A stretch of 64,000 nt of DNA from a virus. Its lineage: Duplodnaviria > Caudoviricetes. Made by a program: the position numbers and the translations under genes. Within the stretch, counting starts at the first letter, position 1. Each line of letters starts with the position of its first letter. The notes under the pieces are model-generated. The model was not told the origin of the DNA. It ran no database searches and worked only from the letters and a program-made list of their open reading frames with translations. The stretch is taken from IMG/VR virus record IMGVR_UViG_3300021255_002052, positions 45,772-109,771 of that record; one strand, written 5' to 3'. Of the stretch, positions 40,077-50,425 are shown piece by piece.

Positions 40077-42887
40077 ATGGCTATATTAGGAAATTTAATC
40101 GTATAGGGTGACGCCAGATTCCTCTAGGGGATTACGGCGGACACCCTGTCCGTAATAAACCGGATCGAGGCACCGGCGGTTATGGCGGACTCGTATTTGA
40201 TCGGAGCCCGCGAATTCGCCTCTGCAATCGATGATCAGCTTAGGATCAACGCTGAGAACGTCTTCGCCGATGGCGTATATTTTGGCGAGTCGGTAATTAA
40301 GACAGAGGGCGGGGTCCAGGTCGGAACGGACGGTGCTGTCGCTAGTATCTCTCAGAACGGGGCCATGTTCGGAGTAGACGTATATCCATCCACGGCGAAC
40401 GGCTCACTGGGACTTTAGACTCACACTTGGGAGTATATCTACGGCTTCCACGGCATATTCACCGGCGACCTCGACGTATCCGGTAATACTACTTTTAATG
40501 GCGAAAACTAGTTTAACGGCAGATCGGTGTTTGTCGGCGATATTTAGTCATAGGACGCGGAGTTCGAAAAAGTGCGCGTCAGATCTGAACTTCGGGCGAC
40601 TAACTACATCTTAGATAACGTATCCTCGATTGGCGGAACGTTCTACGTCTCTCCGTCGCTCTACTGTCTTACACCGACTGTCGTCGTTTCAAATAAAGGA
40701 AATACCTCCTCAACGCTGACGATCACAGATACCGCGATTTCGTCGGATAATCTGGGCGGCACGACCTGGCATTCCGGTTCGCGGGTAAAAGTATCCGGGC
40801 GAATCGGCAATGTCGTACTCGGATCGGTCGACGGTACTCTTAAGTCGAAAATGAACAGTACTTCGCACGTACTGGCTCTGAACATAACGTTCGCAGCTAG
40901 TGATCCTATTGCTGAACTAGATAACGGAACCTACGACGATATCCAGAATCTGATCGTCACGCTCTACGAGGTAAACTATAACGGAACCGGGCAGTTATAT
41001 CCGCTCGGCATCTATCTGGAGTCTTACGGTGACGCGAAGAAACCGGTAATCGACATATTCGGCGGAAATTCTGGTTATTCCGATCCTAACGTCCGAATCG
41101 GCTATCTGGACGGACTCCCAGCGATTACGGTAGGCAGCTCATCTTTCGTGCCCCGCAACTGGGGTATCTACGCGAATAACGGCTACTTCAAAGGGACTAT
41201 CGTCACGAACTCCGGCGCGATTGGTAACTGGCGGATAAACGATGATTCTCTCTACTACGGCACTCTCGGCTAGGGTATCTGGCTCTCGCCGGTAGGTACT
41301 TAGGGCGTTGCGGATATCGCGGGATCCGGTCTCAGAAGCGGCTGGGCGTTTACTTCGTCGAATACGTTCGGCGTTACGTCTGCCGGGGAATTTTACTCTA
41401 CGGCTGGTAAGATCGCCAGCTTCTATATTAACGACACTACGATCTATAACGGAGAATTCGGAACTGACAACTCTGTCTTACTGAGCACGGGTTATACGAC
41501 CGCTACAGGAATCGGCACAATCACTGGTACCTAGGAGTACGCTTTCGGTGCTGGTGCGCATTTCGGCGTTACGACGTCTGGCTATCTTACTTCTAGCGCT
41601 GGAAACATCGCTGGCTGGGAAATATCGCCTATCGCGCTCTCCCATGGGACGTTAGGATCTCCGCAGGGATATATCCTCGATTCGTCCGGTTCGACTCAGA
41701 CAACGATTAACGGAGATTAGATATCCGGCCTAATGATGGTGGTCGGATCTAACTTCGCGATAGATAAAGACGGAATTATATATACGAACGGTGGCGTATT
41801 CAGCGGGGATATTATCGGTGGAACGATAACTTCGCGGAACTACTCCTCCGACTCCTATATGAAAACGGCGACTGGAGCATACGTACTTCTCGCCGACGGT
41901 ACTAGTAAACTGAAGAAAACTAGAGAAGATAACTATTCTAACAACGGTATGATGCTCGACCTGAATCGCGGTATCATTTCTACCTCTAACTTCTTTATAG
42001 CCGAAGACGGATCAGTAAATATCCGTAACGCGACGATAGGCGGAACTCACGCGACCGGTATGATTCATACGGAAGCGTATCTGCCACCATCTGTCGGCAA
42101 CGAGAATAGTCTGATCAATTCTAATGGCGCAGATAGTATATCTACTAAGTATTTCGCCAGGCAGGGAATAAAGATCGGCCTAGACGATAGCGGATTCTTC
42201 ACGTCGGAGAATTTCGCGATCACTGGCGACGGAAGCGCGTATATAAACGGCGAAATAAGAGGGCATCTGGGTTCTTCGTCTAGCGGTCTGACTATCGGCG
42301 AATCGGCGATCTATAAAGGAACAGCCTCGATGACCAGTATTATCCCCGGTATCTATTATGGCACGGACGGTATTAGGAACTTCACCGAAGACGGCAAATA
42401 TGCGCAGATTAAAGACGGTGTTATCAGTTCGACGGAAAGTATAACTATTGGATCGACGGTGGGAAATCATGTTGTGCTGTCGGAAAACACTGGCAAGTTT
42501 GCGCTGAATTATCTCAATTCTTCTGGTGAACTTAACAGTAGCATAGAACTCGGATCTGGAGCTAGAGGTCCTAACTCCGTGGTTGTATTACCATATACCG
42601 ATTATGTCGGCTTTGGTTCTTCTACTGGTATTACCCTATAGGCATACCTTCAGAAGCTCATTCAGTGGATATGTGTCAATTATCCGAATCGTAGTCGAAA
42701 TCTCTTTATAGGTGTCGGAGGTCCTGCGGCGATGGGATTTTATATAATCTGCATTTACGGTACCTCCGACTTAAGCGGTGGCGTTCCTAAACATGCTTTT
42801 GGCTAGTTTACTTTATGGAATACTGCTGTATATAATTTTGGGTACAATAACTATAACTTCTATTTCAAGACCTTAACTCAGACCTAA
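40077..42887 (+). CDS. Tail/adhesin protein with beta-rich repeats, 936 aa with TAG=Gln
   Basis: Fragments 40182, 40572 and 41733 in one frame, TAA 42885-42887; repeated G.IG/A.W.I units seen in tail spikes. Confidence 0.7.
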
Positions 42888-42905
42888 CGCGGAAGGAGGC
42901 CCTAT

Positions 42906-43310
42906 ATGAAGAAGAACTTATTCTTATTTATAGTCGGCGGCATTCTATACTCCGTAATTGAGCTGCTCTTTCGTGGTCATACCCACTGGCTGATGTTCTT
43001 CGTCGGAGGATTCTGTTTCTTGTTAGTCGGAGCTATAAACAATTATATCGACTGGGAAATGCCGTTTCCTCTGTAGTAGTTAATAGGAGCTATACTAATT
43101 ACCGCTGTTGAACTAATATCAGGTTTCGTCCTGAACATTATGTTAAAACTGAATATATGGGATTATAGTAATATGCCACTCAACTTTCTCGGCTAGATAT
43201 GTTTGCCGTTTTCTATTGGGTGGTTTTTCTTATCAGCCGTAGCGATAGTTCTAGACGATTATCTCCGCTACTGGCTTTTCAACGAACAAAAACCTAAATA
43301 TAGGGGGTGA
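42906..43310 (+). CDS. DUF1113/CmpB-like membrane protein, 134 aa with 3 TAG=Gln; absent from the ORF track
   Basis: GGAGG RBS; IELLFRGHTHW.MF..GG..L**LIGAILITAVE..G...IWDYSNMPLNFLG*ICLPFS matches the family WDYS..P.N..GQICL motif. Confidence 0.85.
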
Positions 43311-43315
43311 TTTAA

Positions 43316-44167
43316 TTGCCGGAAAATGAAGGAATAAAGATTTCCGATATGACAGAGGCGAGCACTATTGATGGGTCGGAAAATCTGTACGCAATATAGC
43401 TTAGTGATGACCGGAGACTTACCCCGCAATAGTTAGCTGATTACGTAGCAGAATCCTACGTATATGATAAGACTAACTCGGATACGACTACGATCGCCGG
43501 GAAACTTAACGAGTTAGAAGCAGCTCTTACGTCTGCGACGAATTTATTACCTTATGTATATCCGGTTGGGGCTATATATTGGAGTCGACGGGATACTAGT
43601 CCGGCGTCGTTATTCGGCGGAACATGGACGCAAATACAGAATAGATTTTTATTAACGGCTGGAGGGTCTTACGCGGTTAATTCTACTGGTGGGGAAGCTA
43701 CGCATACTCTTACAGTGGCAGAAATGGGAAGACATGATCATGGCGGGGTCACCGGCAAACCGAGTAACAATACTTCAGGCGGATCTAGTTCAGATAAGAC
43801 TGGAGTCTCAACTAAACATACACATGGTATCCCTGGGTTATCTGGAACAGCCACTAATACAGGAACTCATGCTCATACACTGCCTGATGATTATAATTTT
43901 GGAGCATCAGGAACTGTCCCGTTTATAGTTCAAAGAACCGGTGGAGCATCATGCTCGATGAGTATGTCAACCGATGGTGCTCATACACACACGGTAAAGA
44001 CTACCGCTGCTACTTCAGGTGCAGCAGACAAGGGGCATACCCACGATCTTTAGAGCCATACTCATAGCATTAGTCATACACATACTATTACGGCTGAGGG
44101 CAGTGGAGGAGCCCATAATAATATGCCCCCGTACGTAGCTTATTACTGTTGGGAAAGGACGGCATAA
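43316..44167 (+). CDS. Tail-collar/baseplate-like protein with HxH repeats, copy 1 (283 aa)
   Basis: TTG start; YPVGAIYWS..SPASLFGGTWTQI.NRFLL..GGEATHTLTVAEM..HNNMPPYVAYYCWER; 3 TAG. Confidence 0.75.
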
Positions 44168-45015
44168 TATGGCAGATAAATCTATATTAGAATTCCCTAC
44201 TTCTGAATCTATTGAAGGTGATGAAATTTTTTATGGTGTTTAGGCTTCGTCTGACGTGAAAATAATAGCAGACGATCTCGCGGAATATATCCTTGATAAA
44301 TATACTTTCAATCAAGCCGTAACTAATAAGAACGTCATATCTGGCAGAATTACTTCGCTAATGACTATTGCCAATATAGAAGATCTTGCTGATAAGACTT
44401 ATCCTCCAGGCAGTCTTTACTGGAGTAGTTCGAGTACGTCACCAGCATTGATATTAGGCGTGGGAGTGTGGACACGAGTTAACGATGCGTTTATTCTAGC
44501 TGCCGGAAGCACTTACACTGCTGGTTCAAGCGGGGGCGAAACAGTACATTTACTTACTATTAATGAAATTCCATCTCACGCTCATGGTACTACTACTGGT
44601 GATGCTAGTAATACAACGTCTAATGGTCCAAATACGACTAATACAGGCGATACAGATGCTGGGCATACTCATACCATACCTTCTTTATCCGCAACTACAA
44701 GTAAAAATACTGGTCATACACATTATGTGAATAATCCATCGTATTCTGCTGGCGATAATGATATGATGGGTTCGCCGTATAGAACCACTTATGGTAGTAG
44801 CAGTAAAACGAGTTTTTCATCTTAGGCAGGTCATAGTCATACAGTATCAATTCCGTCTGGGTCATACCTTGATAAGAATACGGCAACACATACTCATAGT
44901 CTTCAGGATCATACTCATGATCTTAGCAATCATACACACACTATATCGGCTCAAGGTGGAGGCTTATAGCATAATAATATGCCCCCGTACGTAGCTTATT
45001 ACTGTTGGGAAAGGA
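44114..45015 (+). repeat. 46-bp perfect direct repeat (44114-44159 and 44970-45015)
   Basis: cataataatatgcccccgtacgtagcttattactgttgggaaagga at the 3' ends of paralogues 1 and 2. Confidence 0.9.
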
Positions 45016-45023
45016 TAGAATAA
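44169..45023 (+). CDS. Tail-collar/baseplate-like protein with HxH repeats, copy 2 (284 aa)
   Basis: YPPGSLYWS..SPALILGVGVW..GGETVHLLTINEIPSH..HNNMPPYVAYYCWER; TAG in frame. Confidence 0.75.
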
Positions 45024-45865
45024 TGGCAGACTCAATGATACCGGAATTATCGATAGCTTCCGCGCTATCTGGAGCGGAGTCTTTCTATATTATAGATGAA
45101 TCTTCGGACGTGAAGATATCTCCTGTTCAATTAGCACAATATATAGTGGAGTCGTATCAATTTGACACTACAAACGATACTGAAAATTCTATTACAGGAG
45201 CAATTAATTAGTTGAACGCCATCGGAACTGATACTCGTGCCTTGTTATTGTCTGTTCATCCAATAGGTAGTCTTTATTGGAGTAGCTCTAGCAAGAGTCC
45301 AGCTGAACTATTTGGTGGCACATGGACATAGATAAAAGATCGGTTTATATTGGCAGCCGGAAATACTTTTGCAGTAAAGCAAACTGGCGGCGAAGAAAAA
45401 CATACTTTAACGGTAGCTGAAATGCCATCACATAGTCACGGTGGGAAAACTAGCGCTCCTGGTAATAATAAAACTGGTAAGCCTAGCAAAACCACTACAG
45501 GAAATAATAGTTAGGCTCATCAACATAGCATCCCTAAATTATCAGGAACAGCTCTAACATGCTCATCTCATACCCACACAGTTACTGTAAATGGTAACCC
45601 TGGTGGCGGTAATGGAGCTAGTGGTAGTGTCAATATGAAAGGGCAAGCCATAAGATGGATAACAACGACTTCTAACGGAGATCACGGTCATACGTTCACT
45701 ACTACAAAAAGCACTTCTGGTTAGGATTCGGCAGATCATAAACATACGATGGCTCATACACATAATTTATAGAACCACACGCATAGTCTTACAGCTGAAG
45801 GTGGTTCTGCCCACAACAACATGCCGCCTTATGTCGCTAAATACTGTTGGGAAAGGATATCTTAA
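45023..45865 (+). CDS. Tail-collar/baseplate-like protein with HxH repeats, copy 3 (280 aa)
   Basis: TAATG overlap; HPIGSLYWS..SPAELFGGTWT*IKDRFILAAG..GGEEKHTLTVAEMPSH..HNNMPPYVAKYCWER. Confidence 0.75.
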
Positions 45866-45867
45866 AA

Positions 45868-46707
45868 ATGAGAATATTGGACGAAAATGGAAATGAAATA
45901 ACAAACCCAGATTTAGAACTGGGTTATTTAGAACAGGAAGAAATAATTAAAGAACACCATGACGAAATTCCGGCAACACCCGGATCTTTTCATTATGAAG
46001 TAATACGAGAATATCCGAATGGTGGCAAAGATGCTGAGAAGGTCTGGGATGTAGAACCGACCGAAGCTATCGCCGCTTGGGATGAGAAAGAAATCATCTC
46101 GCGCTATATCCGCTATACTCAGGAAGAACTAGACGAACAGGAAACGAAGAAACGCGAGGAGCGAGAAGCAGCTGAGCGGGAAGACGCAGAACGTACCGCA
46201 CGTGAAGCTCGGTTAGTAAAAATCGAGTAGACTCTCAGTAAACTCGACGATGAAGCGATCAAAAAAGAAATCGAGACAGCAGAAGATTTAGAGGACATCG
46301 AATACGTTCGCCAGAAAAAACTACGTGATATGTCTGAAGCATGTGCTGCCTCTATAGAAGCTGGGTTTGGCGTCCAACTCTCAGATGGTCATATGCATCA
46401 CTTCTCTCTCACTGTTGTGGATCAGGTCATGATTATGGCTTTAGCGCAGAAAGCTAAAGCGGGATAGACAGTTCTTCCCTGGCATGCTGACGGCGAATTC
46501 TGTGAGTTCTTTTCTCCAGAGGATATTCTGGTAATCAACGAAGAAATGGAACACATAGTTACTTATCACGAAACCTACTTCAACTCTTTGAAGCAGTACA
46601 TGCTCTCGATGAACGTAATTGAGCAGCTTAACGCAGTAACCTACGGACAAGAAATCCCGGAGGCTTACTGGTCAGATGTATACCGGGCGATCGTTACGCC
46701 TACTTGA
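45868..46707 (+). CDS. Tail fibre assembly protein with DUF4376-like C-terminus, 279 aa with TAG=Gln
   Basis: MRILDENGNEITNPDLELGYL.. then, through TAG, HFSLTVVDQ..LPWHADGEFC..TYFNSLKQY; TGA 46705-46707. Confidence 0.7.
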
Positions 46708-46735
46708 TTATTAGTGAAGAAAGGACGGTGATACC

Positions 46736-47149
46736 GTGAGTTGGAAAATAACTGAGCGAACAGATGGCGACGAAACGTCGTACGTCATAAAGATGTGTCG
46801 CGGAGATACGCCGACTTTTCGTATAAACGTAAAGAAGAATACCGTGGACGGGGTGCTAGACTGGGAACCGACGCAGGGCCTGGACTACGACCTCGTCTTC
46901 GCGATTAAGGAGAGGGGCGGAGAATCCCCTCTCTACTAGATTAAAGCAGACTCCGACTATACGATCTTTCTGCCGGAGGAAGCGACGGGCAATCTCGAGC
47001 CCGGGAAGTACCGCTGGGAAGTATCTCTGAACATTTACGACGAGGGAGAACTCTCCTACCACGATACCTTTATCGAGAACCAGCTTCTAATAATAACCGA
47101 CGAAGTCTACGGAAGCCGTAACCGGGGAGGAGGCGATCTCGGTGGCTGA
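46736..47149 (+). CDS. BppU-N-like baseplate protein, 137 aa with one TAG
   Basis: IKMCRGDT..LVFAIK..LPEEATGNLEPGKYRWEVSL..DTFI pattern; TGA 47147-47149. Confidence 0.55.
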
Positions 47150-48326
47150 TTTTATAGGGACGCTAGAAACGACGCCCGAGCAGATAACCGGTAACCTGTC
47201 ATCCGACTAGTCGCTGGCCGGTAAGCTCTCCTCTCTCGGTATCCCTGGCAACGGAATCGCGACGATCGAGAAAACCGCGACCGAGGGGCTCGTAGACACG
47301 TATACGATCACGTACGACGACGGCGCGACGACCGTCTACCAGATCACGAACGGTAACGGGATCGCGAACGCTAGCTTTAACGAGGATAATACTCTTACGC
47401 TCGAATTCTCGGACGGGACCTCTCTCACGACCGGAGTCCTGCGCGGCGACGACGGAGAGGAAGTCCTGCTGCGAGCCGAGGATAACGTAGTCAGCTATAA
47501 GTACGAGTCGGATCCGGACTGGACAGTGCTCGTCGATCTGACCGGTTTCGCGGACGAAGCGAGTAACGCCGCCGCTACGGCGACCGAGAAAGCTACCCAG
47601 GCCAGCAACTCCGCGACCAGGGCCGAGACAGCCGCGAGTACGGTTAATTCCGCTGTTGCGACCGTAACACAGAAGGCGGAGGAGGTCACGAATTCGGCGG
47701 AACAGGCCGCGATCTCTCAGAGACGAGCCGAAGCCGCCGCCGAGGATGGGCGGATCTATAAGAACACCGCCCGGGAATACGCCACCGCTTCTCTAGCCGC
47801 ACAGGAGAATACGCGGATATATTCGGAGCGGACTCTTGGCTACGCTAATAACGCCGCCGCGTCTGCCCAGGCTGCGAAAGATTCCGAGACTGCCGCCGCT
47901 TCCTCCGCCGATCAGGCGCGGGAATATGCCGAGAACGTCGACGATCTAGCTGTCCAGGCGATGGAGGATTATCTCGACGAACATCCGGCGGTACAGTCGA
48001 TCAACGGTAAAACCGGCCACGTTATTCTCTCCGCCTCCGATGTCGGGGCTCTCCCCTCTTCTACGGCTATCCCCTCGAAGATCTCGGATCTGACGGACGA
48101 TTCGGGTCATTATACTAAACCGGCAACGGGTATTCCGGCAAGTGACATGGCGAACGGTGTGATCCCGGCCATTGACAACACGCTGACCGTTATCGGAGCG
48201 GCGGCAGACGCAAAGAAAACTGGTGACGAATTATATGCGTTAAAGGAAGAATTAACCGAGATCAAGAGGCGTATCGACGATATCGAGGAGAAACACAACG
48301 CTGGAGAAGGTGAATCCAATGGATAA
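47142..48326 (+). CDS. Side tail fibre-like protein, 394 aa with one TAG
   Basis: GGAGG RBS, GTG start; GNGIATIEKTATEGLVDTYTITY, Ala-rich coiled coil, VQSINGKTGHVILSASDVGALP, GAAADAKKTGD. Confidence 0.65.
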
Positions 48327-48465
48327 AGATTTAGCAGAAAAGATATATTGGATATTGATTGAAGAAGGACAGCACAATTTAAATTTCCCACTTGGCAGTA
48401 TAATCACAAATACACCAGATGAAGTAAGGGATATTATCCGAAAACACATCAAGGAACTAACTTAA
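48319..48465 (+). CDS. Small hypothetical protein, 48 aa
   Basis: GAAGGTG RBS; MDKDLAEKIYWILIEEGQHNLNFPLGSIITNTPDEVRDIIRKHIKELT; TAA stop. Confidence 0.5.
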   Translation: MDKDLAEKIYWILIEEGQHNLNFPLGSIITNTPDEVRDIIRKHIKELT

Positions 48466-48489
48466 ATAGATCTTTCAGGAGGCAAGTAT

Positions 48490-48612
48490 ATGGTAGAGCT
48501 AATATGCGAATTCTGCTCAGAGCATTGGGTAGTTTTGTATGGGCTTTTGATGTTTGGTATAGGCGAAATCTACGGATATATCAAAGGCCGAAAAACTATC
48601 GCAGGAGCTTAA
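48490..48612 (+). CDS. Small single-TM peptide, 40 aa
   Basis: AGGAGG RBS; hydrophobic WVVLYGLLMFGIGEIYGYI followed by a basic tail. Confidence 0.5.
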   Translation: MVELICEFCSEHWVVLYGLLMFGIGEIYGYIKGRKTIAGA

Positions 48613-48693
48613 AGGAGGAAACAATTATGAAAAAGTATCATGAAGTATCGGCGGCGGTAACTGAAACGAAGCCGGTCGAGGAGGGATAATCTG

Positions 48694-49311
48694 ATGGACG
48701 AATTAAGGGTAATATCTAATAACCATGACGAAAATGGAAAGTTAGCTGGCGGAAAGGTCGGCGATTAGACCGGGTACGAGTTCGTGATTAAGAAATTCTA
48801 CGACGGCGACTGGGATCTCTGCCTCCGCTACGACGGTCCCCGCGCGGAAGAAGCTCGCGCTCTCGCCAGTCGGATCGGCTGTATTCTCGCGGCCGAGGAC
48901 AAAGTAGGTTACGACACTAGCAATAAGCTGGCCCTCTCTAAGGCGCTCAAGAAAGCCGGTTACGACCCGTTCCGGATCACGGACACCGAGGCGACCTGCT
49001 CCTCTTCTATCAACGCGACCTGGATCACGGTCGGCTAGCTCCTCGATATCCCGCAGTTAAAGCTCCTCCGGCCGGGTGTTATGACCGCGCATATGAAGGA
49101 AGTATATCAGAACAGCGGCTTCACGATCCATAGAGGGAAGCGGTTCCTCTGCGGCGAGAAGAATATTCCCGGCGACGTGATCGTAAACGAGGGCGTCCAC
49201 ACGATTATGGTGGTCGACTTTAAGGACGCGCGGAAGGCGCGGAACGATAAGTATAATTCCGAGAACCTTCTGAAGAACCTGGGAGGTAACGATGCCGAAA
49301 GTATACGCTGA
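48694..49311 (+). CDS. NlpC/P60-like (Cys-His) peptidoglycan hydrolase, 205 aa with 2 TAG
   Basis: DENGKLAGGKVGD*TGYE (family GDQTG), VGYD, TCSS catalytic Cys, PGDVIVNEGVHT catalytic His. Confidence 0.75.
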
Positions 49312-50425
49312 TTACGCTGCCGGGGCCCCGATCATGCCGGAGGTCCTGGACGCGATGCTCCCCTACTTCGGAGCTAGCTACGGAAATCCTTCCGCCGCCT
49401 ACGACTTAGGGATAGAAGCCCGTCGAGCCGTGGAGGACGCGCGGGGGATAATCGCCGAATCGATAGGCGCGAACCCCGACGAGATCGTATTCGTCAGCTC
49501 CGGCTGCGAGGCTGATTCTTCGATTATTAGAGGAGTCCTCTCCCGGAATCCCGGTGGCCGGTTCGTCACGGATACCGTCGAGCACAAGACCGTTCAGGAG
49601 GCCTGTGAGTGGCTCTCTGGGCACGGCTGGCTCGTAGACAGGTTAACTGTCGACCAGTTTGGCAGAACGTCTCCTGCTGCCCTCAGCGAGGCTCTACGCG
49701 GCCGTCCCGCTGCTCTCGTCTCGATCATGTACGGAAACAACGAGGTCGGTACCTTAAGCGACGTCGCGGATCTAGCCAGAATCGCCCACGAGTACTCCGT
49801 ACTCTTTCACAGTGACTGCGTACAGGCTTACCAGAAGATTCCGATCGACGTGAAGGCGCTAGATCTAGACGCCGCCAGTTTCTCGGGACATAAAATCGGC
49901 GCTCCGTCCGGAATCGGGTTCCTGTACCTGCGCGAAGGTATCGAGATAGATCCGCTCATATTCGGCTCCCAGGAGGGATACCGCCGGGGCGGTACCGAAA
50001 ATGTTGCGTATATCGTTGGCCTAGCCAAAGCGGTCGAGATCCGCAGCCGGAACCTCGAAGAGCGCGTCGCGAAGACTGCCGAAAACCAGAGACGGTTAAT
50101 CGACGGTCTACGCGGAATCGGGCGGCTTAACGGCCCAGAGCCGGGTCCTGACAGGCTAGCGAACAACGTCTCGTTCTGCTTCGGCGGCGTACAGGGAGAG
50201 GAACTGCTCGAGCTCCTGAACCTTAACGGGATTGCGGCGAGTACCGGATCCGCCTGTAATACGAGCGACGGTGAGCCTAGTCACGTACTTCTAGCGATCG
50301 GTCTGACACCGGAGGAGGCGAATTCGACGATCAGATTCACGGTCAGTGAGGACCTGTCTCCCGCCGACGTGGACTATATCATCGCGAAGACGAAGGAAGC
50401 TGTCGCTTTACTGAGGAGGGACTAA
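49292..50425 (+). CDS. iscS: Cysteine desulfurase, group I NifS/IscS
   Basis: YGNPS, VEHK, NNEVGT, HSDCVQ, PLP-lysine FSGHK, RGGTENV, catalytic STGSAC, TIRFT. Confidence 0.92.
   Translation: MPKVYADYAAGAPIMPEVLDAMLPYFGASYGNPSAAYDLGIEARRAVEDARGIIAESIGANPDEIVFVSSGCEADSSIIRGVLSRNPGGRFVTDTVEHKTVQEACEWLSGHGWLVDRLTVDQFGRTSPAALSEALRGRPAALVSIMYGNNEVGTLSDVADLARIAHEYSVLFHSDCVQAYQKIPIDVKALDLDAASFSGHKIGAPSGIGFLYLREGIEIDPLIFGSQEGYRRGGTENVAYIVGLAKAVEIRSRNLEERVAKTAENQRRLIDGLRGIGRLNGPEPGPDRLANNVSFCFGGVQGEELLELLNLNGIAASTGSACNTSDGEPSHVLLAIGLTPEEANSTIRFTVSEDLSPADVDYIIAKTKEAVALLRRD

Noticed and set aside
44114-45015. Diversity-generating retroelement TR/VR pair or shufflon
   Set aside because: The repeat is perfect with no adenine-specific mismatches, it is direct rather than inverted, and no reverse transcriptase or invertase is in the window.
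48319-48465. Frameshifted pseudogene
   Set aside because: On re-reading, the frame is intact (48 aa, TAA stop).
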